From: Marsupella aquatica
Taxonomy: Eukaryota; Plantae; Marchantiophyta
Length of the DNA stretch: 64,000 bases
Direction of reading: 5' to 3'
NCBI GenBank assembly: GCA_973895155.1
Contig: OZ316897.1
Coordinates: 21,365,455 to 21,429,454, forward strand
Below, piece by piece: positions 32,301 through 44,643 of this stretch; positions within the stretch are counted from its first letter, which is position 1; each line of letters starts with the position of its first letter. The notes beneath the pieces were generated by a model, which ran no database searches, was not told where the DNA came from, and was given only the letters and a program-made list of their open reading frames with translations. Position numbers and translations under genes: made by a program.

Positions 32301-35300
32301 GTCCTTTCTCCGACTATGACATCACTTTTGAAGCTTCAAAGACACTAGTTGAATTTAAGGTAGGTGCTGCCTATTCTCCTACAACTGTATTCTGCGAGAG
32401 TCGAGAACCACGAAGAAAATAATTTGTTACTGTTGCAAACCTTGGGATGTTTTTACCTTCGCGATTATCCTGCGGTCTGAAAAGTTATGAACTACATTCC
32501 GTGTTCCTTGGGAATTTTCGGCAACAAGTATTTCCCCTCTTGTATGGTTCCACTTGAAGTGTATGACGGTTATATGTCAATCTTTCGGAATCCCAAGGTT
32601 TGAATATAAAGATCTGAATTAGTTTCGAATTGGAAACAGGAGGTCGACTTCTTGCTTTGTTCGTAATTTGCATGCACCAAGGATACTTTTCAACCCCGCT
32701 CTTGTGTGAACTCGGTAGTCTGGACGTTTTTATACCAGGATGAACTGAATGGACTAGGGTATGCAGAAACTGTTCTTGGCATGGGACGAGTCGCAATTGT
32801 CATCTTTTGATGCTCATTGAAATTTCTATTGCTCATGGTTTTGCTTGAAATCTTATCAGCACAGTAAGTAACACCACTCCCAGGCAATGCACATAACGAA
32901 AGCCAAGGAACACTAATCCCAGGCAAGCAATGTACTCGAGCGAGCAATCTAGTCTGTCCGACTAATCTAGGGGCTTTACTCATTTGGAATCCCTGAACTA
33001 ACCTGTACGGGACCTCTGTAAGTTCTGGGTTGTTTTGCCTGTTCTGGGATCTACAGTAGAGCTCAGTACATCATTGAAAGCCAGTCTTGATTGCATTCAC
33101 AGGATTGGGACCCTGTGGTTACTTTTGTGAGAAACGTCATCCTGAAGATCTGGGGTGATCAGTCAGTTGGCAGTAGGCAAGGTACACCTACCCTTCCCTA
33201 TTTGACCCGAACGTCTATTTTGCGAAGTCCGTGGAATCAGTTAGAGGTCCAGCTGGACATGTTTTGGGTTAATTATAGTTGAGATGTAGGGAAGGTGATG
33301 TGGGATGCTGTTCTCTACACTGGCAGGTAATTTTCAAGCACTTAAGAGCATTTCCGCAGCTCATGCGAAGATCACTCCAAGTAATGGCAACAGTCATCAC
33401 AGAAAAACTTTGAAGTCACCGAATGCCAGCAAAGGCGAAATACCGCCCATGGCAGTCCGTCGCGCGTTGGTTCAGATTGATTCTCTCGACACACAAGAGA
33501 TACCAGATGAAAAATGGTGGGATCCTGATAGTTTTGTACCCAAGACACCTCTTTGGTCACCAAGTAATGATTCACTTGACATCCCAAGAATACTTACTAC
33601 CTCAGATTTCCTTCCTGAAATCAGCAGCTGCGCTCCAGAGCGCGCCTCAACTAGGGCACATCCCTCATATGAGTTGACATGGCCTGAATTTTACAGTGAT
33701 CACAGTGAAAATCAGATAACTCGGAGCTCAAGAATACGAGCCAAACGACAACGGGCAGACTATGTTGGTGATGATGATGAACTTACTGATTTTTTCTCGG
33801 TGAAATCGTACTCTTTCAGTCCAGAATCCAAAAACTATTCGGGCAGTTCAGAGATAATCAAATCCTATGATAGAAGCTGGAATTTAGATAACGAGGATGC
33901 TAGTGTAGAAATGAAAGATAAAGGTCGACATAGTGATGCCTCGGAAACGGCTTTCCAGGATTGTATAGATTATAGAATCTTCTCACCGAATGGGGAGGAA
34001 CATGGTGATGCTCTCCAGCATCAACGCCATGACTTTGAAATCGATGCAAATAGTCGACGGCCGAAAAGTAGGTTGGATCTCGACATGGATACAAGTTCTG
34101 ACATGTTGAAACTGCATTCTGAGCATGTTGAAAAGCAAAAGCCATGCAAAGATGATCAAGTTCTGGGTAGTTCCGCTTCAGAAATTAATCATACCACGAG
34201 AGGTTCCTCAGGCCCTCCTTTCTACAGGCCTCTCAAGAGGCATGGTGTACACATGAATCCCCCCAATAGCCTATCCACAGTGGAGACAATCGGGAATGAA
34301 GACGAAAGGAAATCAGGTGGGCTCTTTTCTGTTTCAACTTTCTTGTGATGCTTTGTTCCTGTTTTACTTCCACGAAGATGCCATGAAGTTGTGATCCTGG
34401 AGGCTGCTTGAGATGCTACATGTTCTGTTCATCGAACTTGTTTGACAAAGTCCCTAATATTAATTCATGTTGTATACCACCAGACACAAGGAGTACGATC
34501 GATCTCGATGCTATTTGTGGGACAAATAAAAGCAGGTGGGGTGGAATTTAGTTTCCATATGAAATAGTTTGTCTTGAAATGCTTCTGGCGTTTCCAATTT
34601 ACATTGCAGTTTGTAATGTACTTCATTTCGGTGAAGCCTCTCTGTAGTCAAGTTGTCTTGTCAATTATTCGGATCCCCATGCTATGCAGGAACGTGGCGA
34701 ATATGCCACAGACGAGGACAGAGCTCATAGAGATTACTACCATCCAACCAGGAGGGCGAGGACTCGATTGCAGTACCCAGTGTATCCTATTTAAAAGCTT
34801 TCCTTTGTAGCAAGTTGATGTTGGTATTATTTTCTCATTGTTGTATCTGAAAGCTATGATGTGCCTTCTCCTACGACGAAACTCCTTAATTTCCATGACA
34901 GTAGCTACGCAAGCGAGGCCCTTTTTGGACTCGGAAGAGTTTGAGAACCACCAAGAAACTATTGACGTCAGTGCGGTAGAGCGTCCATCCGATACAGTGA
35001 CGAGATCACAGCAGAGGGTAGAGGTGGACGTCCATGAGCGCTGCAAGTACAGGTCAACAGATATTAACAACGCCGCCATTGGTGGAGAGAATCTTCCTGT
35101 GGATACGGTTCAAGAAATGTTCAAGGTTGAATCTCTGGTCAATTTGTTCTATTTATTATTCTTTCTGGAGCCAGCGGATTACAGTATGTGTCTGAAGTGT
35201 ACTTCATTCGATCATTTAAGAATTCAGATTTCATTAGTATCAAGAGTTGCTATTGTGCCAGTGTCGTATGTTGACGGTTCATGAACGAGTTTGTTATCCA

Positions 35301-37387
35301 ATTCGATGCAGGAATGGTCAAACCCCTGCATGAAGAAGGACGATGATATCTTAGATCTGTCGTCCGGCATCTTGGCTTCGAACGTTAGCTCCCTTCTGCC
35401 TGAGTCAATTACAAAGGATGTGTTTAAGCAAGCTCGGGTACTACAACAAGTGGACACAAAGTTCATTGCTTCAGTTTCGTGTGGTGTACTACTTCTTATT
35501 GACCAGGTCCGTACTTGTACCCTTGTACAAGCTCCATTTAGTAGCTGAAATTTCCTTAATCGGCATACGTCAGGGAATGGGGTGTTTCCTTCTTATGGCT
35601 CCTTCCTTACAAGTGTGGGGGATGTTCCTTGGAAATTATCCCTGCTTACAGCCTCTGTGTCCCGTGAATTAAGTTATTCCATGTGTCCTCGCTTAGACTC
35701 TACCTTGCTTAATATTGATTTCATTGGACTGTTGCAGCATGCTGCAGATGAGCGGGTTCGGTTGGAGGAACTCCGTAACGATGTATGGTCTCGCTTGCTT
35801 TCTAATGGAGGTCCCGCATTTTGGATTCGTGTCCCATGTACTACACATTTCCTTCTCGATGACTCCTCTTAGGACTCTGTTTCTGATTGACTTTACGTGA
35901 ATTGCAGGTTCTCGGTGGAAACATCACAAAGCAGATCAGCCTTTTGAGTAGTACTCAGAAACTCGTAAGTAATTGGCCTGCAAAACGCTTCGGCTCAAAC
36001 AAGCTACTGAAATGTGACTTAAGAGGTATGCAAGCTTAAATTCTTTTCGGATTTCTCAATGATCGAAAATGCGGTGGGTTTTTTTTTCCAGACAATGACG
36101 TTCACCGAGCAGCAAACACTCCAGACGTACTCCCAGCAGATTCAGTATTGGGGTTGGCGCTTCAAAATTATCGCTGAGAAGAAGCCAACTACCTCTCAAA
36201 ATAAGTGTGTACTACAAACACAGCTTTTCATCTGTTCTTGTTACAGTTTCATTTGCGTAAAATATCCCCTTCATCACAAGCATGTATATAGAAATGAATT
36301 GGATACGACCCGTACTTATTAGCTGCAATCATGACCTTGGATGACTCAGGTTTTGGCCCAGCACAGGAGGGACGTGTAAAGTTCTTCTGAGTGCGGTGAA
36401 CAAATCTTTGATCCATTCCATATTTGCTATAATTTGTGGATGTAGTTTATCGATACACTTCTATAGATTTCCCTCGAAACGGTTGCGAAGTCCTCAGTCA
36501 CACTTGATTGTTCTCAACATTAACGATTTGAAAACATGCAGGTCCCTTCTATTTTGGGGGTGGGATTGACTGGACCCGATCTCGTAGAATACCTGCGACA
36601 GGTAGGCATTGTGAAGTTCTTGATTGGAGTTTTTCCTCTTTTCTTTCGTAATCTCTTGCACATTATCTTAGTACTCCTTTTCTTTGACAGCTCACTGATA
36701 CTCAAGGTTCCTCAGCGCCACCACCAGCAGTCATTAGATTGCTCAACAACAAGGCCTGTCGAGGTATGTCGTCCAAACAGCCGCTGCTGTTTTGGTAGCT
36801 CATATATGCAGTGTATTTTGATTGGATGATGTATGTCAACCGTCGGTATTTTGAATCAGTTCCGTTACTGTTTTGAGGTATTCCAACTGGAAGTACATTT
36901 ATGGAATCACCGTATTGTTTGTATCATTGGTAAATTCTGATTGGATGTCATACGGTCTTGGACAGGGGCTATTATGTTCGGAGACAAATTATTACCAGCT
37001 GAATGCAGCCAACTAGTTAATCATTTAAAAGAAACACTCCTCTGCTTTCAGGTAGAAGCTCAGAATTGTGATGCTGCGTTCATGATTTCTCACATCCCTT
37101 TGCATTTCTTTACTTTAACATCTGAAAGTTTGGGTTCTTGTCTAACAATAGAATTGTGTTTATGGCAGTGTGCTCATGGGCGGCCAACAATGATACCCTT
37201 AGTCGATATGCAGGCATTGCATAGACGTTTTGACCCCACCTTTGGCAGCAGCAGACCAAGTGCCGACATTGACTTTTATACACGGAAGACACATCGATCG
37301 GGCAGAGGGTGGCATGGCTTGCAGTCTGATTTCAAACCCAATGTTGAAAGAGCTCGGGCACGATTAGCTCAGGGACAGGGTGTCTAG
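29329..37387 (+). CDS. MLH3: DNA mismatch repair / meiotic crossover protein MLH3 (MutL family), roughly two dozen exons
   Basis: GHKL ATPase motifs (EELVCNSLDAGA, VDDDG, RHATSKL, GFRGEALSSL, DMFYNQPVRR), a long linker exon (~33327-34316), endonuclease motif DQHAADERVRLE split at 35506/35738, ACRGAIMFGD and MLH3-type FQCAHGRPT. Confidence 0.93.
31981..32132 (+). other. U12-type (minor spliceosome) GT-AG intron in MLH3
   Basis: 5' site GTATCCTT, branch point TCCTTGAC (32116-32123) close to the AG, no polypyrimidine tract. Splicing gives ALQYLYINRRYV after a 16-nt exon (31965-31980). Confidence 0.85.
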
Positions 37388-38766
37388 CTGGGTTCCGGCC
37401 TTCTAGGAAACTGTGCATACAACGTCTGCCTCCTGGAATCAACCTTCGATCTTCCAGTCCTTCAGTTTTGCTCATTGTGAACTTCAGTAGAATATACAGT
37501 TGGGAACAATTAGTATCCCCGTCAGGCAATTATTTTATCATTGGTAGGGTCCATGCTGTAGACAGTGTGCCCTTGTTGTACTAAAGTAAGATTCATCATT
37601 TCAGTATCATAGAGATACCTCATTGCAATATCATACAGATAGGTGACTGTTCCGTTCTGTGACCAGAACCTAGTGTTCCGTGTGAACTCCTATTAAGTCC
37701 AACTAATAAAAGTGGTTTCTATCCCAAGGCCAAATTACATCATGCGAGGGAAACAGAATCGCATGCGGTTCCATATTCGTGTCAAATGCTATGTGCTTTT
37801 GTTGTAGATTTTGCGAAGGGATGAGCTCCAACTCATTATTGTGGGCCTCGCATTTTGCTTGCATTGCAATGGAGCTCATATAAGGGATCGTTTAACCAGG
37901 GCTGGATTGTATTCAAGAAGTCAGTCGTTTAGCACTACTTTGATTAATTTGTTCATCCCATGTGTCCGCATAACCATGCAATGGCTTTCAGAGGTGGTCA
38001 ACCTCACAAGCTGTGAGAAAGAATCACTTGGGCAGATTCCCACCAGCAGAAGAAAGGTAGCCAAGTGCATTGGCAATAGGAGCAAGAACAACACCTTCAA
38101 AGCCGAATCGAAGTTGTGAAAGACAGTAGGCCACTGTACTGACTGCTTGGTAAAGCGTTGCACAGTTCCAGCCAATGATCGATCGGGCCTCCGTTTCAAT
38201 CCGTTGCTCATATAACAAAAGATTCCTGCACTCCTCCATTTACACTCTCCACCAAGAGCGTAGAGACTTTAGCAGCTGCTTAAACTGCTTCCTTCGTCGC
38301 CCTTTCTGTACAAAAAACCATCATCACCCACATCTGTTTGGAGGCTTATCGTAACATTACCGTGTGCAAACAAGCTAGCAAGCAAAGTCAGGCCAAGCCA
38401 AGCCATGCGGTGCATGGTCGAAATCCACCCACATAGATCATTCAAGTGAGCAAACGTATCTCTGCGTGTGCTTATTCATCAACTGTGAGAATGATCCCTC
38501 CAAGCCCGCCATTTCTGAACCGTCCCCTTTTCTAATTTTCGTTGCTTCCCGACTTTCGTTGCTTCCCGTCGCTGCCAATTAAGCCACAGACCGGCAGGCT
38601 GGATTGTCCCCTTGATCTCGCTCTAGTGAGCTTCACAGGACTAGCTGACTGATGGTAGTCGAAGCAAGAAAGTATCGGTCCGCCCGTCCGTCACTCAGCG
38701 ATGCTCCCTGATTCAGTGGTTCCGAGACGGTTAATTTTTTCGTCCATGGAAGGTCCACAAATCATA

Positions 38767-38811
38767 CTCTCTTCTCTTCTCTTCTCTTCTCTTCTCTTCT
38801 CTTCTCTTCTC
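38767..38811. repeat. (CTTCT)n microsatellite
   Basis: About 9 near-perfect units. Confidence 0.95.
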
Positions 38812-39979
38812 CGATCCGAGCTCACATCAACATTAGCAAAGCAACGATGTTTTGGCGAAAGTTGCTCACTGTTTTACAAGGGAACGAGTCTCTGCAGATC
38901 AATCTCTCTCTACTAAGCTCAGTTGCTTTAAGCTCATGGGTTCACTTAGTCTGGTCCTTGCCCATTTATTCCTCTCCACCTGTAACCTTTATTTTCTCTC
39001 TCCACTTGAAAGTTTTAATTCTCATTACATTCTCCTTATCCATTTTGGGATATTTTTCCAGCCCACTTCTTTTGGAATTTATTATTATTTGGCCTAAACA
39101 ATTATTATCCCATACGTTGACTAGTATACGAGCTGTCACAGGGCTTCGAAGGACTGGGCGTCTAATGCCCTCCAGTTGATTGTCGATGTGATCGACTGAA
39201 ATCGTCTTTTGGCCAGGCCGAGTGAATTTAAAACTCTAGTCGCATTTCTCTTTGAATGAGTACGAACAGTTGAATTTAACATCAGAGTTTAGGCTATGGA
39301 AGGATTGGTACGTGGGAGACCTTCTATAATGTACGTCAGGTCGCCAACTTTCATCGAAGGAAATTGTGTTAAGTGGGAGTTGATGCATCCATATCGAGGG
39401 AGGCGAGCGAACTTCAATCCGGTGTGATGATTCATTTTAGGCTTATGCCGTTACATACCCATTGCCATATAAAATGAAGACATTTGATCATATATGTGTT
39501 AATAAAACAACAACAATGTACATTGAGATGTGGATTTGTGATGCTGGCCACATACAACCAAGAAAGATTTTATTCCATGGGTGGAAGCATACTTCCCGTA
39601 TCAAGTAATGAAGAATGATAATTATATGCAGATTATCGCAGGCTACGTACCGGAAAGAGGTTTGAGAATGAGTACTACTGCTTAGATTAGAGCTAGAATC
39701 CTTGGATTCCTATCGAGTCTCTCGAGCTTGCTTAGATTTAAGAATTCTTGGATCCCTATCGTGTCTCTCGAGCTAGTCGGGAAGGGTGTTCAATGAGAAT
39801 TTAGGGCTTCCAAATGCATGTACTCTGATGGACAGTAGTGCCCCCATGTTTGCATGCACAAAGTGCTTCTAAAACGAGCTGGACTACTCTATCTATTAAA
39901 ACAAGGTGGACTACTCTATTTCAAATGCTCAAGACATAAGCGCATTCGTCAATAATTGCCTGTCATCCATCGGATTGCT

Positions 39980-40931
39980 CTACCAGGTTAACGTGATATT
40001 GTTCCGTGTGGCAACGGACTGCTTGACTTCGTCGATTTGCTTGTTGACACTGACGCCCAAGGCAGTGCTGAGAACATTGTCGGGAAGACCTTTGCCACCG
40101 GCAGTGAACAGAGCTTCGGCAATCAGGAGGGTTCCGGGGTTCTCACTGGAGAGTGCCGAGAAGCCTGAAGCAGTTCCCTTACCATTATTGCGCTGCCAGT
40201 GCAAGGTACCCTTGGGAAATACAAAGATATCACCCGCCATCACGGTTGTCTCGAATAGCTCGTTCGCGGTATCAACAAATCCCACGTCAAGTGCCCCTGA
40301 ATCCACAGGAATACAGGATCAAGCTCAGGTTAGCTTCTTGGTATTCATCTATCGCGGGAAAAATGAAGATTCTGTTCATGTTCACATGACGATAGCATAA
40401 TTATGTAAGTTTATCACATTATCTGAACCGACTTGAAGATAATAATATTCTATTTAACTTGACTACTGAACAGCCTTCAAACGCAACACAGGACTTTGAT
40501 CGATTAGCTTGATATGGTGGACTCAGAAATTGAAAGGTCCTAAGCCATCGATCTTAATTATGTACACCTGATGTACGCCGTTGTGATAAGATCACCGTCA
40601 TTAGCACATGAACTCATTGAAATGTACCTGAAAGCACGTAGAAAACTTCGGTTGCGCGAGGATGAGTATGGGGATCAATCTGTGACTCTGCTCCGAACTC
40701 AAACAGCACAGCTGCAAGGCCCAGCCCGCTGAGTCCTTTAATTGCTGCTCCTGTGGGCGCCGCAATTCCCTTGCCTAACGTCCGGGGGTTTCGGAATCCC
40801 TTGAAGGTGAAGTCGTCCACGGTCGGGTTGGTGACATTGAAATCGGTGGTGAGGTCGGGATCACTCGCAGCAACTGTGTGCACCATCAGTGTCGACACCA
40901 GCAGTCCCAAAATCATCATAAATTTCGCCAT
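39980..40931 (-). CDS. Germin-like protein (cupin), secreted; two exons with intron 40297-40627
   Basis: Signal peptide, SDPDLTTDF, germin boxes PHTHPRATE and GDIFVFPKGTLHWQRN, SSENPG. A GT-AG intron joins VLSG to ALDVGFVDT in frame. Confidence 0.93.
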
Positions 40932-42195
40932 GGCCTTTTGATTGAGAATCTCAGCTGGACGGATTCCGCTCGCTCCAATGTGATGAGTATTTTAGGCAAC
41001 AGGACGTACGTGATCAGCAGTTTTGGCTAGCTAGCAAAGAAATCAAGTCCGATTGATGAAGCTCAAAGATGCTGATGGCAAGTCGAACAAACGGTATCGG
41101 TTGATCTCGTTTGGGATGCGGACAGTAGTATTTATAGTGCAAGAAATGGACTAGGGAAATCTCTGCAGAGTGCAGTTCCTCAGAGAAAAAAGGACACGGA
41201 CTTGCTGCCGAAATGCAATGAATTGACAAAGTCAACACGTCAGACAAGTGTAGAAAGGACGGCGCCCTGGGTCTGTCCCTTCATTCCCGCCGAAGTGGAC
41301 CGGGTCTGGGCTGGGTGATGTGCGGCTTGCTTTTGGCCCAAGGAAAGTGCCTTTGAATTTGTGGTGGCTCAATCATGATTAATAGTTACAAGATCCTGAC
41401 CATGATTATGATAATAAATTTGGATTAAAACATATTTCAATACAGAAAACAAGTGGCCTTTGGGGAATTTACTCATACAGTGTGCGGAGCATGGATGGAA
41501 CAATAGGGATCCGAGATAAACGTGAGAATATTTGTCCCGTCAGTTCCCAATCCAAGATAAACGTGAGATTATTTGTCGCTGACCTTTAGTGCTTTTCAAT
41601 CCCAATGTATATATTGGGAAGAACGCATAGCAGGTTTTCATCCTCTCCTCCATTGCAGTCCTCTGTTAAGTTTTCAACGCGTTCGGACTCATTCCAAGAC
41701 AAGCATCATCTGGTAGCATTCAATAGAATTATATGCACTCGACCTGGCCAAGCGACGATTCCTGCACCAGTCAATCCCATCTACAATCCACTGCAGTTAG
41801 TGACATGTCCTTCGGAGCCCTGTTAGAGTTCGGCGACTTGCCAATCGACTGTAGCCGTTCTACATGTGTAAAACGTTTCTATGCATATTCACTACACTGT
41901 GCCTGATCTTTTCAAGAGTAAGTGCAATTGTAGTTGACGAGCATTTTGCAAGTGCTTCTTTATTGACAGAGGCTCAATCTTTCGAGGTTTTACCAGTAAG
42001 TTAATTTGCACTATGATTCAATCCCTGCCGTCTCATTTTGGATTGTCTGCATCCTATGCTGATGTTCGCTAATGTGCATATACATAAGCAGACCAGAAAT
42101 TCGAATTGGGGGAACTCAAATCTGTCTTTCTTCCTGTGTGCTTATGTTTGAAGAACCAAATGCTAATGCTCTCTCCATGTTTGCCTGCAAGAACC

Positions 42196-42331
42196 CATGC
42201 CTCTACTATTGATTGTACTTATTATGACTCATATCCCGTGCCTCTACCCATGCCTCTACTATTGATTGTACTTATTATGACTCATATCCCGTGCCTCTAC
42301 TATTGATTGTACTTATTATGAGTCATATCCA
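42196..42331. repeat. Three tandem copies of a ~40-50-bp unit
   Basis: GCCTCTACTATTGATTGTACTTATTATGA(C/G)TCATATCC occurs three times. Confidence 0.9.
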
Positions 42332-43926
42332 CTGACATAATCCTCTAGTGAAGTTTACATTACTTTACAAAAATAATAACATCCAACTTAAGTACTAGCT
42401 TGGGCAGAGGCAAACCACTGGATGTGAACCAGCTTGGGCGGAGGCAAACCACTGGGTGTGAGCGTATTCAAGAACTCAGTAGGGTAGAAGTCACATCCTT
42501 GCAATTGATCTCCAGGGTGATCTATTCTCATAAACGTACTTAAGGTGTGTGCATCTCTCCTGTTAGCCCTTCTAATATTGAATTGGTGCTCTTTATTGCC
42601 AATATTGTTCTCGCGTCTATGATGTCGTCGGCGTCTTCGTTGAACATTATTGCTTGCTCCTATTCACAATGACCTTGGAGACGCTTGACAGAAGTACTAC
42701 TCTCTGTCATTTTAAATTGGAATATCCAACATGTCTCTTCCGCCCCTGATGCATAGCGTGCATCAAGATGTATCATTTACCGACTGTCCAACTTTCACCA
42801 ACTCCCAATCATGCCCCTGATTAATTATACATACTTGTCTAAGTACTTAATCACCTTAATGGAAGAACCCATTTTGACATTAATGTGAGCATTGTCTTTC
42901 ATGCTCATGGGCTGTAGGGAACATCATGCTCAAGTAAGTATGGGCTCCTCTCACCCACTTAACCTCAACTTGGCAACATTCCTCTTGCTTCCATGAGTTG
43001 TGCCTCTTGCCCAAAGCCGTGTTTTCTTACTTGGCTTTGGCTGCCCCAATGCCGAGACCCCTTGGGGCAATGACACAGCTTGACCAACTTTCAACTACCC
43101 TGTCTCCTACCCGTGAATCTTGGAACCCCATTGGTAACCCCCAATTTTTGGTTACTTTAAGCTTTTCACTTAAAGTCGCCATGGCCGCTTACTTGGATTA
43201 AGCTGCCCTAATTAATGCTGAGACCCCTTGGGCAACAGCACGGCTTAGCCCACTTTTCAACATTCGGGGCCTCACTCTAAAGGGGGTCCTATAATACTCT
43301 TGATGTTTTAGCTGTGAAATTAACACCCTAAAATATAAGAAAAAATGTTTTTTTGAACTATATTTCTACCCCAATATTTTTGGAATATTCTCAAAATATT
43401 CTAAAAATTCATTTCTAAAACCCTATCTTCTCTTATAATTCTCTAAATTGGATTTTAAAAACCCTAATGTTCTTCTACAAAAATTAAAAAGTATTCGTCT
43501 CAACCCAATAAACAAACCCTATATACTTACTTTTGCGTGATGGCCAGGTAGAAAGGAAATAAGCAAGGACCCCGAGTTTCAACAAACTTTTTTTCTACCC
43601 CTTGCATGGAACCCCTTTGCAACCTCATCCAAGCGGGCATCCAAGTTTACCCAACTCCGTACTCACCAACACTATGCCCCCTTGGGGTGGTGGTGTAGTT
43701 TGCAACACTTTCCAACTTTGGATGTTTGAGAGGAAGTGGTCCCCTCATATATATACTTATTGGGACCTGCCATCCCTGGACCACATTTGGTCCCGATATT
43801 TTCGCCCCCAACCCATGCGTCTGATAGTTGTAAATTGGGTGGCAAGTGAGGCACATGGCAACTAAGGGCTTGTCGGGGAGTTGGAACCTTGGGCAAGAAT
43901 TTGACTTAGGGTTGGGGATGGGCGGG

Positions 43927-44643
43927 TGTTAGGTATTCACTCGATCAAGGTCTAGGGTTACAAAATGTAACCATAGTTAGGCTAACCATAGTCGGAGACA
44001 TGGTTAGGTTAACTAGGATGCACACTATATGCCAAGCCATGTTTGCTTGGATAAGTGGAACTAAGGCTCATTGTTACAAAACCACTTGAGAGATGAGAAG
44101 AACTTACACTGTGGAAACTTGGTATGGCTGACGTGCTTAGAGTTCAGTAAGGTGGAAAGCAAGATTGAGGGGTACCAAAAAGTGCAAAAAGGACTATGGA
44201 TTAGCTCTCATAGTCCTCATTAAAAAATGAGATTAGCAAGGAGTAAATTAAAGATTGACACACTTCCTCAAAGGTTGGACACACTTCCTCAAAGTTGGAC
44301 ACTTCCTCAAAGTTTGGTACACTTCCTCAAAGATGGGGCACACTTCCAAAGATCTAGGTTAAATGATAGCCTTTGATGTGCCAAAATAAGATAACAACCC
44401 TTGAATGTAACACCCCCTATTTTTTGCATTCAAAGGAGTCTCAAGTCTTTTTGGTGGAGACATTAGAGATCTTTTTTTGGTACCCCTCAATCTTGCTTTC
44501 CACCGTAAAGCTCTCTTGTGTGTTCCCATGGACGTAGCCTCAAGGAGGTGAACCACGTATCCCCACACGTATCTCTTGTGTTGACTACTTGCGTGTTGGA
44601 TGTGTCATGTGCTTACAGTTGCATTTGTCGTCTATGCTTAACA
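43927..44643 (+). mobile_element. Copia solo LTR interrupted by a MITE
   Basis: TGTTAG...CTTAACA termini. Shares GTGTGTTCCC(G/A)TGGACGTA..GGAGGTGAA..CACGTATC and GTCGTCTATGCT with 27925-28276. No clean TSD. Confidence 0.75.
44151..44504. mobile_element. 354-bp MITE with perfect 31-bp TIRs
   Basis: GGTGGAAAGCAAGATTGAGGGGTACCAAAAA at 44151-44181 and its reverse complement at 44474-44504. Flanked by GTAA on both sides and absent from the homologous LTR at ~28150. Confidence 0.9.

Noticed and set aside
39906-40400. 164-aa plus-strand ORF
   Set aside because: It is the antisense shadow of germin exon 2.
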